A DNA stretch of 64,000 nt. It comes from a virus. Lineage: Duplodnaviria > Heunggongvirae > Uroviricota > Caudoviricetes. Below the pieces are notes generated by a model, which saw only the letters and a list, made by a program, of their open reading frames with translations, was not told the origin of the DNA and made no database searches. The stretch covers positions 24,263 through 88,262 of the IMG/VR virus record IMGVR_UViG_3300045988_009865; one strand, 5' to 3'. The translations under genes and the position numbers were made by a program. This document shows, piece after piece, positions 1 to 16,344 of the stretch; within the stretch, counting starts at the first letter, position 1, and each line of letters begins with the position of its first letter.

Positions 1-4977
<4,977 letters not shown>

Positions 4978-4979
4978 TA

Positions 4980-6167
4980 ATGGCAGTAGGTGAAATTCAA
5001 ATTAGTGCCTTGCCTCAAGCAGCCTTACCAATTGACCTTAGTGATATCTTCCATCTTAAGCAGGGTATTGAGGATAAGAGATGTACTCTTGAGCAATTAC
5101 TTGCTCCACACTCAAGCCTAAAAAATAACCCTCATGGTGTTACTAAAACACAAATTGGTTTAGATAATGTTATTAATGCTCTTCAGTTAGTTGCTGCAAA
5201 TAACTTATCAGATATTGTTAATGTAGCTGAGGCAAGAGCAAATCTACAGATTATGTCTTCAGAAGAGGTTAATAACCTTGTCCAGCAACATATCAAGGAC
5301 AAGAGTAACCCACACAATACAACTAAGGCACAGGTTGGTTTAAGTAATGTTCAGAACTGGACAACATCTAACCTGTATAATGAAGATGCAGATAAGTATG
5401 CTACAGCAAGAGCAGTAAATAACTTGTACAAGGCTGTTCAGGCTTCTTATCCAGTAGGTACTATCCATCTTTCTATGAACTCTGCAAACCCTTCTACATA
5501 CTTAATTTGTGGAGGTACTTGGGAGTTAGTTTCAAAAGGTAGGGCATTGGTTGGTTATGACTCTGATACAAGGCCAGCAGGTTCTGTATTTGGTGCTTCA
5601 ACTGTCACTTTGTCAGTTAATAATATGCCTCAACACTCACACTCTGTGTCTCTCAGTGGTGGTGGTCACACTCATAATGCAACTGTTTCAATCTCAGCTT
5701 TTGACTATGGAACAAAGACTACCAACTCTTTTGACTATGGAACAAAGACCACTAACACAACTGGTAACCACAATCACGTTGGTAGTGGGTCAACAAGTGC
5801 TGCTGGTGCTCACAACCACAGATTGACTTATGAAGCAGGTGGTGGTCTGTCGGAAAGACCTGCAATGGTTTGGTCTACAAGGAATGACCAATCGTGGTAC
5901 TCAGCAGATGCTGTCTGCGAAGTCGCTGGTTCGCACACCCACTCTTTTAGCGTTACCACTAACACAACTGGTAACCACAATCACACAGTGGGTATTGGTG
6001 CTCATAGCCATACAGTTGGTATTGGTTCACATACACACAACGGTACTGTGACAGTTTCTTCTTCTGAGCATACACATAGTGGAAACACGAATAGTGTTGG
6101 TGGTGGACAAGCTTTCAACATTGAGCAGCCATCATTCGTACTGTATGTATGGCAGAGAACAGCTTAA
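4980..6167 (+). CDS. tail fibre protein with His-x-His repeat tip
   Basis: 395 aa; RBS aggag upstream; repeated GNHNH/SHTHS/GAHSH/GSHTH motifs; C-terminal end (VWQRTA) paralogous to next gene. Confidence 0.6.
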   Translation: MAVGEIQISALPQAALPIDLSDIFHLKQGIEDKRCTLEQLLAPHSSLKNNPHGVTKTQIGLDNVINALQLVAANNLSDIVNVAEARANLQIMSSEEVNNLVQQHIKDKSNPHNTTKAQVGLSNVQNWTTSNLYNEDADKYATARAVNNLYKAVQASYPVGTIHLSMNSANPSTYLICGGTWELVSKGRALVGYDSDTRPAGSVFGASTVTLSVNNMPQHSHSVSLSGGGHTHNATVSISAFDYGTKTTNSFDYGTKTTNTTGNHNHVGSGSTSAAGAHNHRLTYEAGGGLSERPAMVWSTRNDQSWYSADAVCEVAGSHTHSFSVTTNTTGNHNHTVGIGAHSHTVGIGSHTHNGTVTVSSSEHTHSGNTNSVGGGQAFNIEQPSFVLYVWQRTA

Positions 6168-6177
6168 TTTCTTTACA

Positions 6178-6197
6178 GGGGCTTTATAGCCCCTTTT
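6178..6197 (+). terminator. intrinsic terminator between tail-fibre genes
   Basis: ggggct-ttat-agcccc hairpin followed by tttt. Confidence 0.5.
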
Positions 6198-6213
6198 AAG
6201 AGGATAATATATA

Positions 6214-8592
6214 ATGGCAGATTACAAATTGAGTGAATTAAACTCAATCGATACAATCCGTTCAGATGACCTTCTTCATGTCAGAGTTAAAAAGAGACCT
6301 GAAATGCTGGGTGATGAAGACCGTCGAATGACCTATCAAGACTTCTTAGCATCTTTTAAGCTTGAGAGATTTGTTCAGATTATTGGTAGTACCATGACGG
6401 GTGATTTAGGGATTGTTAAGTTACTTTATGGTGGTAAGGTAGTATTTAACCCGACAGGCTCTTCTGAGATTAATATCGGGGATGTTTTAAAGACTTTTAA
6501 AATTAACGCAAACGGTCTTAAACTAACTGTTGCAGATGCTTCAAGGTCAGCAACTGTTTACCATACTCTGAATAAACCAAGTCCTAATGAGCTTGGGATG
6601 AGAACTAATGAAGAGAATGATGCGAGATACTCAAGATTAGCTGCAAATAACATCTTTACCTTCCAACAGGTTATTCAAGCAAATGGCGAAGCTATTAGAC
6701 TAAAAAACTCTTCTGAGAACTCACCGTTGTATATTAGAGGTCAGGACAGCACTGGTGCTAATAGGTGGTATGTAGGTAATGGTTCAGGGAATGATGATGT
6801 TATTATCCACAACTACAAGACAGGTTGTGAAGTTAATCTGTCTAGTGTTGCTGCTATTAGCAAAACACTAAGAATCACTGGTCAAGTTCAACCATCTGAC
6901 TTCTCTAACTTAGATGCTAGATATTTTACTCAGACAGTAGCTAATCAGAGATTTGCACAGTTAGCTGGTAATAATACATTTAGTGGCTCTAATATTTTCA
7001 CTAACTTTGTTGTTAAGAAGAATGCTAATGCTATTACTCTTCAAAATGTAGATACCACTGCGGCTTTGTATATCCAAGCAAGAAAATCAGATGGAACTAA
7101 TAAGTGGTACATTGGTAATGACGGTGATGAGAACATTGTAAACATCTATAACTATTTAGCAAAAACACAAATCTCATTAGGCAACACCATTACCATGAGC
7201 AGAACAGTCCAAATTGGTGGTCAAGTTCAACCTTCTGATTGGTCTAACATTGACTCTAGATACATTCCAGCAGCTACTTTGAGTAATCTTGCTAAACTTA
7301 ATGTGGCAAACACTTTTACAAATGTGCAGACTATTGTATCGAACAATGAAGGCGTAGTATTAAGAAACTTAACACAGGGGCAGCCACAATATATCCGTGG
7401 TGTTGATACTGCGAACGTATCTAGGTGGTGGGTAGGTGTAGGTGGTACAAATTCTACTGATGTAGCCTTAAACAACAGCTTTTCTGGGACTCAAATTACT
7501 CTTATGACTTCAGCGATTAAGGCCAATAAGAGTCTAACCATCACTGGTCAAGTTCAACCTTCTGATTGGTCTAACTTGGATGCTAGATATTTTGTTAAAA
7601 CTCAGTTATTAAATCAATCCTTAATGACTGTCTCTGTAGATAACCTTGAAAACCCTTCAGCATTTAATCTTGGATATTCAGGTTTTGTCAGAAACAACAG
7701 TGTGACTAGTGGTCTGAAAGAGTTGGCAATTCATGTTGCTCACTCTAGTAAGTCTGCTGCACATGCAAGGGGTATCTCTTTTGTATACGGTTCAAACGGT
7801 TTGGCAACATTCACCTATGCCTATGACAAAAATGGTGACTATGCCGGAGAAGCACAACTTTATACAACTGATTTTAAACCAACCCCTTCAGATATCGGTG
7901 CATACACTAAAGCTGAAACTGACCAGAAGATTGCACAGGCAGTAAGTGACTCTACAGACCTTAACAAAATCTATCCAGTTGGCATTGTAACGTGGTTTAA
8001 CAGTAATGTTGACCCTAACACAGTGTTGCCTGGGTTAACTTGGACGTACCTGAACAATGGTGTTGGTAGGACTATCAGAATCGCAGCAGCAAATGGTTCA
8101 GATGTTGCTACAACTGGTGGTTCAGATTCTGTAACGTTAGCTGTTGGTAACTTACCATCACACACTCACAGTTTCTCTGCTACCACTTCATCTTTTGATT
8201 ATGGTACAAAGGGAACTAATAGTACTGGTGGTCATACTCACTCTGTAAGTGGTACAACAAGTGCTGCTGGTAACCACGCGCACCACTTAGGTCTGCTATT
8301 AGTTAACGGTGGTGACGCTTTGTACGGGTATACAACCGTTGGTAACAAGAAGACAAGGACTCTTGACTGGCTTGACAGAACTGATAACAAGTTTCCTAAC
8401 ACTAACACAACTGGTAACCATACACATACATGGTCTGGTACTACAAGCGGTGCTGGCGACCATTCCCACTCTGTAGGTATTGGTGCTCATAGCCATACAG
8501 TTAGTGGTAACACCGGTAGCACAGGTTCTGGTTCAGCATTTAGTGTTACTAACCAGTTCTACAAGTTAATGGCTTGGGTAAGAACTGCTTAA
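6214..8592 (+). CDS. long tail fibre protein with internal repeats and His-x-His tip
   Basis: 792 aa; three copies of ITGQVQPSD(F/W)SNLDARYF; C-terminal HTHS/GNHAH/GNHTH/GAHSH motifs and ending AWVRTA like 4980-6167. Confidence 0.65.
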   Translation: MADYKLSELNSIDTIRSDDLLHVRVKKRPEMLGDEDRRMTYQDFLASFKLERFVQIIGSTMTGDLGIVKLLYGGKVVFNPTGSSEINIGDVLKTFKINANGLKLTVADASRSATVYHTLNKPSPNELGMRTNEENDARYSRLAANNIFTFQQVIQANGEAIRLKNSSENSPLYIRGQDSTGANRWYVGNGSGNDDVIIHNYKTGCEVNLSSVAAISKTLRITGQVQPSDFSNLDARYFTQTVANQRFAQLAGNNTFSGSNIFTNFVVKKNANAITLQNVDTTAALYIQARKSDGTNKWYIGNDGDENIVNIYNYLAKTQISLGNTITMSRTVQIGGQVQPSDWSNIDSRYIPAATLSNLAKLNVANTFTNVQTIVSNNEGVVLRNLTQGQPQYIRGVDTANVSRWWVGVGGTNSTDVALNNSFSGTQITLMTSAIKANKSLTITGQVQPSDWSNLDARYFVKTQLLNQSLMTVSVDNLENPSAFNLGYSGFVRNNSVTSGLKELAIHVAHSSKSAAHARGISFVYGSNGLATFTYAYDKNGDYAGEAQLYTTDFKPTPSDIGAYTKAETDQKIAQAVSDSTDLNKIYPVGIVTWFNSNVDPNTVLPGLTWTYLNNGVGRTIRIAAANGSDVATTGGSDSVTLAVGNLPSHTHSFSATTSSFDYGTKGTNSTGGHTHSVSGTTSAAGNHAHHLGLLLVNGGDALYGYTTVGNKKTRTLDWLDRTDNKFPNTNTTGNHTHTWSGTTSGAGDHSHSVGIGAHSHTVSGNTGSTGSGSAFSVTNQFYKLMAWVRTA

Positions 8593-8599
8593 TCCCTTA

Positions 8600-8628
8600 T
8601 TGACTGATTGTTAAGATGGTGTTAATAT
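8600..8628 (+). promoter_or_regulatory. sigma70-like promoter (TTGACT-17-TAATAT)
   Basis: -35 ttgact 8600-8605, 17-nt spacer, -10 taatat 8623-8628; identical hexamers to the promoter at 50447. Confidence 0.45.
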
Positions 8629-8670
8629 TCTTTAGGGTATTCTCACCATCTTGGCTGATGAGGTGATTAA

Positions 8671-8868
8671 ATGCCTACAATCCTAGCAATTCTTCTAAAA
8701 AATCTAGGTAGCTTCTTCTGGAAACTCATTTTATCCCTTCTAAGTGAATACATGATTGAGAAAGTGTTCTTTAGGCTTGCAAGATACCTTGCGAGTAAAA
8801 CAGACACACCTATTGATGATGAGTTCGTAGATAACTTAGAAAAAGCTTTTAAGGGGGAGAATAAATGA
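8671..8868 (+). CDS. small membrane protein
   Basis: 65 aa with hydrophobic N-terminal segment. Confidence 0.35.
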   Translation: MPTILAILLKNLGSFFWKLILSLLSEYMIEKVFFRLARYLASKTDTPIDDEFVDNLEKAFKGENK

Positions 8869-9236
8869 AGTGGCTAGAGGAAGCTTTTAAAAATAATATT
8901 GGTGCAATTGTAGTTGGTATTTTTAGTGTTATTGGGATGTATACCACCATGCAAGTTTCGGATGGTAAACAAGAAGTGTCTATCACAACAAAGTTACAGC
9001 AGTTGGATAATTATTCCAAAAGTAATTATTCAGCTATCCGTGATTTACAGTCTGATATGAGGTTGCTTCAGCTAGGGATGGAGAACCAGAAAGTCCAGTT
9101 AGAGAATGTTAAGGGTGAGAACGCAAAACTTACTAAGACTCTTGATAAATTCTCTGATAGTGTGAATAATCTGGCTCAATCAGTATCAGCCCTCCAAGCT
9201 ATTACTGAAAAGAACACAAAGAATACTGAAAAGTGA
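8865..9236 (+). CDS. membrane-anchored coiled-coil protein
   Basis: 123 aa; N-terminal hydrophobic helix then heptad-like Q/L/K-rich region. Confidence 0.35.
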   Translation: MKWLEEAFKNNIGAIVVGIFSVIGMYTTMQVSDGKQEVSITTKLQQLDNYSKSNYSAIRDLQSDMRLLQLGMENQKVQLENVKGENAKLTKTLDKFSDSVNNLAQSVSALQAITEKNTKNTEK

Positions 9237-9243
9237 AGTTTAA

Positions 9244-9275
9244 GGCTCCCGTAAAAAGGAGCCTTTTTTGTTTTA
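9244..9275 (+). terminator. intrinsic terminator at convergent junction
   Basis: ggctcc-loop-ggagcc hairpin followed by tttttt g tttt; sits between + and - gene blocks. Confidence 0.65.
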
Positions 9276-10172
9276 TTTACCTACTGACAAAGGTGCTTCA
9301 ATCTTTCCTGCATGTTGGTAATTATCAATACCACCAATAAAGTCACTTGCAGTGAGATGTTTTAAGTCACTTAAAGTGTTAAGTGGGATACCAATCTCAA
9401 AAGTTGGTGCATGGAACTCTTCATTGTTCATCAGTTCATAAACCTGCTTCATATGGTTCTGATAAATCTGGGTATCTCCAAAAACACCTATCAAGTACCG
9501 TGGAGTGTATCCAGTCATCTTACAAAGAACTTCCAGAATAAAGCCATAAGATGCAATGTTAAAGGGAAGTCCTAAAAAGGTGTCTACAGAACGCTGATAC
9601 CATTGTAAGTCAACTTCACCCTCGTTAGTGATATAAATCTGAAACAGAACATGACAAGGTGCTAAAGCCATTGAGTTAGCTGCAATATCTGCTGCATTCC
9701 AAGCATTAACAAGCATGTAACGGTCTGTGATATCACCCTTCATCTTCGTTACTAAGGTATCTAACTGGTCTACAACACAACCATTATGACCTTCAAAGTT
9801 TCTCCACTGAACCCCATAAATCCTTCCACCTGCATCTTCTAACCAATCTTGTTCAGAAGAATAATTAGAGCTTAACCAGCGTTTGAAATCATCTGACCAG
9901 ATTGTCCAACGTTCTCCGTCATTTTCACCCCAAGTACGGTAACGGAGTTCACCCAGTTTATTCTCACCGTTCAGGAACCATAAAGCTTCCCCAATAACTT
10001 GCCGTGTAAACACCTGTTTAGATGTTAAAAGTGGGAAACCAGTTCTCATATCAAAACGAAATTGTGGTGGAGCAAATGCAGAGATAACATCTCCAGTTCG
10101 TGTAGTACGCAGTTCACCGACTGATAAAACATGGTTCAGGATATTTTTGTAACTTGTATCTGCTTGTGACAT
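9273..10172 (-). CDS. thyA: thymidylate synthase
   Basis: 299 aa; PCH...QFY and LGLPFNIASY-type ThyA signature motifs. Confidence 0.9.
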   Translation of the reverse strand: MSQADTSYKNILNHVLSVGELRTTRTGDVISAFAPPQFRFDMRTGFPLLTSKQVFTRQVIGEALWFLNGENKLGELRYRTWGENDGERWTIWSDDFKRWLSSNYSSEQDWLEDAGGRIYGVQWRNFEGHNGCVVDQLDTLVTKMKGDITDRYMLVNAWNAADIAANSMALAPCHVLFQIYITNEGEVDLQWYQRSVDTFLGLPFNIASYGFILEVLCKMTGYTPRYLIGVFGDTQIYQNHMKQVYELMNNEEFHAPTFEIGIPLNTLSDLKHLTASDFIGGIDNYQHAGKIEAPLSVGK

Positions 10173-10173
10173 A

Positions 10174-10719
10174 TCAAAAGTGTCCTTTTACTTGTGGAAC
10201 ATAAATTTCAAAGGTTGCTTTACCATCCTCTGATGGTTTTGACTGTACCTTTGTAAATACACGGTTATCATACAGCTTCTCAAAGAAGTTTTCAAAAGGT
10301 AAATGCACAGTGGCCTCTTCAGTAACTTTATGGAAAACTGTATGGAAAACTACACCAGCATACGGTAAAGCATTGACAAGGACACCTGCACCACCAATTA
10401 CAAATACATCTTCATCAATAGAGCTATCAAGATAGTTCAAAAATGCTCCAAAGGATTCTTTGCTGGCCTTAGCATACATTACATCATCTTTGCCAAAATC
10501 TATGCCTAAATATGGTACAGAGTTTGTTAAGATGAGGTTTGCACGTTCTGGTAAAGGTTTACTTCCCAGAGTCTTGAAAGTTTCATTACCCATCACTACT
10601 AAGTTGTTTTTAGTGAGTCTCTTAAACTCTTGCATATCTTGCTTATGTCGAGGCCACGGCATACCAGTTGGAGTACCAAACTCACCATTTTCACCACTTG
10701 CAAAGATTAATTTAATCAT
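10174..10719 (-). CDS. frd: dihydrofolate reductase
   Basis: 181 aa; N-terminal GMPWPRH...VVMGNETF DHFR motif; adjacent to thyA. Confidence 0.85.
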   Translation of the reverse strand: MIKLIFASGENGEFGTPTGMPWPRHKQDMQEFKRLTKNNLVVMGNETFKTLGSKPLPERANLILTNSVPYLGIDFGKDDVMYAKASKESFGAFLNYLDSSIDEDVFVIGGAGVLVNALPYAGVVFHTVFHKVTEEATVHLPFENFFEKLYDNRVFTKVQSKPSEDGKATFEIYVPQVKGHF

Positions 10720-10976
10720 TTTGTAAAACCTTTCTTAATGAACCAGTTGATAACAGTCTTCACAGCTTTATTGCTATGGTAGATTAAGTGTGGTACAGGT
10801 TGGTATGAACCATAAGCCCAGAAAGCAATAATTTCACTACACTCTGTACACCTTGTACTCTCTTCAGCAATATGACCATTGACTATTTCACTTACCTCGC
10901 CTTGTAAGTCTGTGCATCCACAATGCGGACAACGGATAGGTGCTCCGTCAGACTCATAGCAGTGTTCAATTTTCAT
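10716..10976 (-). CDS. small zinc-ribbon protein
   Basis: 86 aa with CPHCGC ... CTEC cysteine pairs. Confidence 0.4.
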   Translation of the reverse strand: MKIEHCYESDGAPIRCPHCGCTDLQGEVSEIVNGHIAEESTRCTECSEIIAFWAYGSYQPVPHLIYHSNKAVKTVINWFIKKGFTK

Positions 10977-11492
10977 TTATTTAACCTCAAAAACTGGTTC
11001 AAGAACCAATATAAAATCTACACAGTCATCTTCTTCATCCAGAATACCATCAAAGTTCTTAGGAACGAAGTCGAAGAGGCTCATAACAAAGCAGTCAAAA
11101 GTAACCCTGATAGTTCCTCCCATATTCTCTACAGTCAACACTGTACGACTTTCTTTTACCTCTCTCAGAAGATTACTCACAAAGTCATCTAAGAAGTACT
11201 TCATCAGTGACTTAAAGCCTTTAGGGTAATCTGTACCAGAGTATGTTTCAATCTGAGGTACAAGCTTAACATTTATGCTAGTCTTTGTTAAGAATGTGCT
11301 AGAGAACATACTATCAGGTAACTTACAAACAGTCTTTCCAGTACCTTCATGCTCAATCTCAACAAAACCAGCTTCGTCGCCACATGTAACTATTTTAAAA
11401 GATGCTTCATTCTCATACTGTGAAGCCATAAACTTTTTAAGCATTTCTTTAAGGAAGTCTGCATGAGCATCTTGTAAGTAGATATCAATCAT
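10977..11492 (-). CDS. hypothetical protein
   Basis: 171 aa ORF in tightly packed minus-strand block. Confidence 0.4.
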   Translation of the reverse strand: MIDIYLQDAHADFLKEMLKKFMASQYENEASFKIVTCGDEAGFVEIEHEGTGKTVCKLPDSMFSSTFLTKTSINVKLVPQIETYSGTDYPKGFKSLMKYFLDDFVSNLLREVKESRTVLTVENMGGTIRVTFDCFVMSLFDFVPKNFDGILDEEDDCVDFILVLEPVFEVK

Positions 11493-11505
11493 AGTTAATC
11501 ACCTA

Positions 11506-11865
11506 TTATGGGAACAAGCACTTAATGTCATCGTTTTTGAAAACAAAACTTGTGTAGTTGTGACCGTCAACATCCAGCCAAACAGCCTGAACATCCACAC
11601 CATCAAGATTGTGGTAAAGTTCTTTGATGAAGTGGTCTTTCACAATCTGGCTGCTAGTTGTTTCCAGCTTAATGTTCGAGATTGCTGAACCTACAGCCAT
11701 ATAGCCCATGACCCGTTTCTTCTCAGTATGCTTAATCTTACCATCTTTGTAAGCCATAATGAGATTGGAAAGAATTTTTACACCATAATACTTTTCAAGG
11801 TGAGTAGGTACACCATAAAAGCCTAATGCGAAGTTTTCAGAGTGGATAATGTTTTCACGTTTCAT
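11506..11865 (-). CDS. hypothetical protein
   Basis: 119 aa ORF. Confidence 0.4.
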   Translation of the reverse strand: MKRENIIHSENFALGFYGVPTHLEKYYGVKILSNLIMAYKDGKIKHTEKKRVMGYMAVGSAISNIKLETTSSQIVKDHFIKELYHNLDGVDVQAVWLDVDGHNYTSFVFKNDDIKCLFP

Positions 11866-11866
11866 A

Positions 11867-12196
11867 TTAATCTGCCAACCTTAAATTGAAATTAACACCA
11901 AATTTTTCGCATACTTCCAACATAAACTCAAGAGAGACATTACCAGTGAGATTAATTATGTTGGATACACGAGCCTGAGAGATACCACAAATTTTAGCAA
12001 CTTGCTCTTGAGAAAGACCTCTGGATTTAATCTCTCTCTTAAAACGATGTGCAACGAAGTCTCTCATTTCGTCTACATCCATTGGACAAACATAACTCTC
12101 CATTTCAGCCTCTCTGTCAGCCTCCCAATCATCTTGTGGAGCATAAGGGTCAAAAACCTCATTCATCTTTCTTCTTCCGTTTACGTGAAGTGTCAA
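11867..12196 (-). CDS. helix-turn-helix DNA-binding protein
   Basis: 109 aa; LSQEQVAKICGISQARVSNI resembles XRE-type HTH. Confidence 0.5.
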   Translation of the reverse strand: MTLHVNGRRKMNEVFDPYAPQDDWEADREAEMESYVCPMDVDEMRDFVAHRFKREIKSRGLSQEQVAKICGISQARVSNIINLTGNVSLEFMLEVCEKFGVNFNLRLAD

Positions 12197-12371
12197 TCAA
12201 TGAATCTATGTTTGTAGCCCTAACCTTTTCACGTTCATCGTTGAGATAATCGTCAAGAGCCTTCTCAATCTGTGAATCATCTTGACAGATAACTGTAAAG
12301 ACTGTAAAGCCGTCTGTATCGTCAATTATCTTACCATAACCGCTTCTGGGATGTAACTTTTTAAGAGCCAT
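12159..12371 (-). CDS. hypothetical protein
   Basis: 70 aa ORF. Confidence 0.3.
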   Translation of the reverse strand: MALKKLHPRSGYGKIIDDTDGFTVFTVICQDDSQIEKALDDYLNDEREKVRATNIDSLIDTSRKRKKKDE

Positions 12372-12372
12372 A

Positions 12373-12756
12373 TCAAATACCTGTGCAGCTTCTGTTTTCT
12401 AAGAAATACTCAACACCATACATAGCTTTTTGCATCAAATCTTCTTTAAACTGGATACGATGGTTGAGCATAGCCTGTACATCAATATCATCACGGTGTT
12501 TCTCTTTAATGTTTGCAGATTGAAGGAAATACTCTGCAAGAACACGATACTGATAGTCAGTTACCTTATCCGTCATCTCTGTCAAAGACTCTTCAGAGAT
12601 TGGTTTAAGCAACTCACCATTAGATAGAGCAACACCTTTAACAATCTGACAAGTGTCTTCTGGAACACCTGATAAGTCCACATTTGGAAGTTCTGTTGCA
12701 TTGACTGGTAAATTTATTGCCATAACCATTGCAGCAGCTAATAAAATCTTTTTCAT
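12373..12756 (-). CDS. secreted/periplasmic protein
   Basis: 127 aa; N-terminal signal peptide MKKILLAAAMVMAINLPVNA. Confidence 0.45.
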   Translation of the reverse strand: MKKILLAAAMVMAINLPVNATELPNVDLSGVPEDTCQIVKGVALSNGELLKPISEESLTEMTDKVTDYQYRVLAEYFLQSANIKEKHRDDIDVQAMLNHRIQFKEDLMQKAMYGVEYFLENRSCTGI

Positions 12757-12849
12757 AATGACCTCAAAGTTATATTAAATTTTGTATTACGTTGAGTATA
12801 AAAATAAGCTATAACACCTGACTTGTCAACAGATTTTATAGCTTATTTG

Positions 12850-13125
12850 GCAGATTTTTTATAAGGCTACTGCCATCCTTCCATACATTACCTTACCTTA
12901 CCTCACCTGACCTGACCTGACCCTACCTAACATTACCGTGCCACACCTCACTTAAGAACCCTCTTAAAAGACTCTTAAGTGATGTAATCGAATTTTTATG
13001 TAGCTCCGATTAACTACCCATACCTCACCTCATCCAACCATACCATGCCTTACCAGACCGCACCTTACCTTACTAAAAGACCCTGTTTAAAGACCTTTTA
13101 AAAAGGAGCCTCCGAAGAGGCTACC
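12850..13125. repeat. two copies of a composite intergenic repeat (ACC/ACCT-rich tract plus conserved AAGA(A/C)CCT..TTTAAAAGAC box)
   Basis: Direct comparison with 14255-14525; shared strings aaccctcttaaaagactcttaagtgatg and ggctactRccatcc. Confidence 0.6.
13090..13122 (-). terminator. intrinsic terminator downstream of 13134-13574
   Basis: gagcctc-cgaa-gaggctc hairpin; U-run on the minus strand. Confidence 0.5.
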
Positions 13126-13133
13126 TAGTCAAC

Positions 13134-13574
13134 TTAGAAAGGTTTTCTACGTTGCTTGTTAATGTTAGCTTTCATAGCAGCTAAATGGTTTTGCTGTTCA
13201 ATCAGTCGTGAACGTTCTTGATGACTAAGTGCCATAGTGTTCACATTCTCAATCGCTTGAGTGGCTTGCTTTAAAGCTCGACCAATCTTGCCAGACATTT
13301 TACGTTTTGCAATAGTTGCTTGATGCTTAGGTTCAACCACACGATAACCAACACCCATTGAAGCAACCAGATAAATCTTCTCTTCTTTAAGAAGCTTCTC
13401 AATAAACTTCTCAAGTCGGTTTAGACGTGTAAGCGCATAAGCCTTCATTTCATCTTCGTACTTAACAATGTCACCTTGATAAGTTGGCTTCACAATACCT
13501 AAGAAGGTATCCATCTCAGAATGTGATACAGTGTCACCGTAACTAAACTTTGCTGCTAATGCTTTTGTATTCAT
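13134..13574 (-). CDS. hypothetical protein
   Basis: 146 aa ORF. Confidence 0.4.
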   Translation of the reverse strand: MNTKALAAKFSYGDTVSHSEMDTFLGIVKPTYQGDIVKYEDEMKAYALTRLNRLEKFIEKLLKEEKIYLVASMGVGYRVVEPKHQATIAKRKMSGKIGRALKQATQAIENVNTMALSHQERSRLIEQQNHLAAMKANINKQRRKPF

Positions 13575-13576
13575 AA

Positions 13577-14182
<606 letters not shown>

Positions 14183-14254
14183 TTAGTTTATTGTTAAGTT
14201 GTTTGTAAAGAACCCTCAACAGAAGACTCTTTAGAAACTTGGTAGATTTTTAAT

Positions 14255-14525
14255 GTGGCTACTACCATCCACCCATACCTCACAACACCATGCCATACCC
14301 GACCGGACAAGACCAGACCCTACCGCGCCAGACCTCATTAAAAGACCCTATTTAAAGACCTTTTAAAAAGGTAAGTCTCATTTTAATGTAGCTGAGACTA
14401 ACTACCCATACCCTACTTTACCTTACCGTACCGTACTTTACCCGACCGTACCGGACAATACTTAACCCTACCTCACCCGACCGGACATCACTTAAAAACC
14501 CTCTTAAAAGACTCTTAAGTGATGC
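14255..14525. repeat. two further copies of the composite intergenic repeat
   Basis: Same ACC-rich tracts and conserved boxes as 12850-13125. Confidence 0.6.
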
Positions 14526-14588
14526 TGGTGAGTACCCGTTGGTTTATGCTGCTCAGTATACTCACCAAATTTTCTATGTCAACAACTT

Positions 14589-15725
14589 TTATTCATAATC
14601 TCGTATAACCAGCCCAACAGGGAACTGTAAAGACCCCTTACGAGTCATCTTCTGGAACTGAACCGTTAAAGGCTTCCCGATAAACTCTTCAGGATGCTCA
14701 GCAAGATACTGTTTCTTCTCATGAGTAGTCTTCCATGAGACATCTACAAAGACATTAGGAAGAGTCTCTACAACGAACTTGCCATGACCACGTTTATCTG
14801 TCTTTACACCAGTCACTTTAAACTCTTCAGTGTGCATCTTCTTGTGCTTAATCAAGAAGTATGAACGGTGACAACACTCATAGAAGGAGTCTTCAGAGAT
14901 TGAACGGTACATTGCACCTTCAAACTTAGCTTCAACCCACTTATCATGAGCTTCATCAAACTCTTCCCAAGAATTTACACGACGAGACTTAACAGGAACA
15001 ACTTTACAGCCGTCTCTGAAGTCATTCAATGGTGAAGTCTCAATAATATCTCTACGCTCAGGCCACGTCATAGTACTGTCACAGATATCGTACCAGTAGA
15101 ACTGGAGTAGATGTCGGTCTGGATTGTCAGCATTCTTAATCATAGACACAATATCTTCTAAGTCCCAACCATGAGCATAAATCTCACCATCAAAGTCTTC
15201 GACTTGTGGATGCAATTTAAGCAACAAAAGCAAATCTGGGGTTAGTTCTTCTGGGACGTTGTAAATAGTATTCTCACGAGAATAAGCCGTGAAGTTAACT
15301 AAATCAGCATCTCTTGAAATCCTACAACGGACACCATCAAGTTTCGGTTGAGCATCAGCAGGGAACTTCAGATACTTTGCGTGACTAACCTTTGCAGCAT
15401 CATGAGCAAGCTGTACACCTACCTTTTCAGTATTCTGTGCAGACTCTTTTGTGTAAGCATAACCTTTACGGTCAACTTGCTTTTTATACTTAGCAGCAAC
15501 TTCAAAGAGAGCTTGCTGTTCAGCGTTACGCTCATTCTTTTTACCGATGTTTTTAGGTTCTGCTGTATACTCTTCAAACATCATCTTGCCATTTTCTTTG
15601 CCATACGTGGTAACAACTTTGTCACCTACAGCGACACATGACCAGACGTTAAAAGAGCCATCTTTATTTTGTTTATACAGTATTGTCATTTTATTCCTCT
15701 GAGTGATACCAAGTATTGCAAGCAT
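14589..15725 (-). CDS. ATP-dependent DNA ligase
   Basis: 378 aa; motif I KLDGVR (QPKLDGVRCRI), DGEIY, EGAMYRS and LIKHKK motifs. Confidence 0.8.
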   Translation of the reverse strand: MLAILGITQRNKMTILYKQNKDGSFNVWSCVAVGDKVVTTYGKENGKMMFEEYTAEPKNIGKKNERNAEQQALFEVAAKYKKQVDRKGYAYTKESAQNTEKVGVQLAHDAAKVSHAKYLKFPADAQPKLDGVRCRISRDADLVNFTAYSRENTIYNVPEELTPDLLLLLKLHPQVEDFDGEIYAHGWDLEDIVSMIKNADNPDRHLLQFYWYDICDSTMTWPERRDIIETSPLNDFRDGCKVVPVKSRRVNSWEEFDEAHDKWVEAKFEGAMYRSISEDSFYECCHRSYFLIKHKKMHTEEFKVTGVKTDKRGHGKFVVETLPNVFVDVSWKTTHEKKQYLAEHPEEFIGKPLTVQFQKMTRKGSLQFPVGLVIRDYE

Positions 15726-15882
15726 TACATGCGTAAAGCTCTAAGTCATTTTTGTCTGGTTTATGAAAACAGTTTGCTCTGCAGTGGCAACGAAACGGCT
15801 TTCCACCAACTGTCAGGATGAAGGATTGAACCTTTCCATCAGGAGTCCGTACAGCATTTTTATGCTTGTCTTCTTTATTCAT
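15691..15882 (-). CDS. small Cys-rich protein
   Basis: 63 aa; CHCRANC...CNAC. Confidence 0.3.
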   Translation of the reverse strand: MNKEDKHKNAVRTPDGKVQSFILTVGGKPFRCHCRANCFHKPDKNDLELYACNACNTWYHSEE

Positions 15883-16038
15883 TTGTGCTATTGCCTTTGT
15901 CAGATTTCATATAGGACATGTTACTATGCCTTTTAATAAAATGTACAACGCATTTTGGTGTATCTTTTGGGTCTTTGATGTGCAATCTATCGAAACTGTG
16001 TACTGTGAAGGTTGCATCTGTCATTGTCTGCTTAGGTT

Positions 16039-16344
16039 TCATTTTCTCTTACCACCAATCTCTACGTCAATGACTTGAACATCACCAGCAACATCAAACT
16101 TATGAATGATGCTTTCCACAGTGTAAGTCCAACCCTCGATTCGAACCAACTCACCTTCTCGTGGGACGATTGGGTTACGTTGAGCTACGGTTGTAGTGGA
16201 GTGCACAACATCATAACAGTAGATATAGTTTACTAGGACTTCCATCTTGAACACCTCACTCAATAACAGTAGTGTGTGATTGACCATTTTTACCATAGCT
16301 ATAAGATGTTGTTGTTTGAGAGTTTGGACATCTGACAACAACAA
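16039..16344 (-). CDS. hypothetical protein
   Basis: 101 aa ORF; overlaps next gene, start uncertain. Confidence 0.3.
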   Translation of the reverse strand: MLLSDVQTLKQQHLIAMVKMVNHTLLLLSEVFKMEVLVNYIYCYDVVHSTTTVAQRNPIVPREGELVRIEGWTYTVESIIHKFDVAGDVQVIDVEIGGKRK

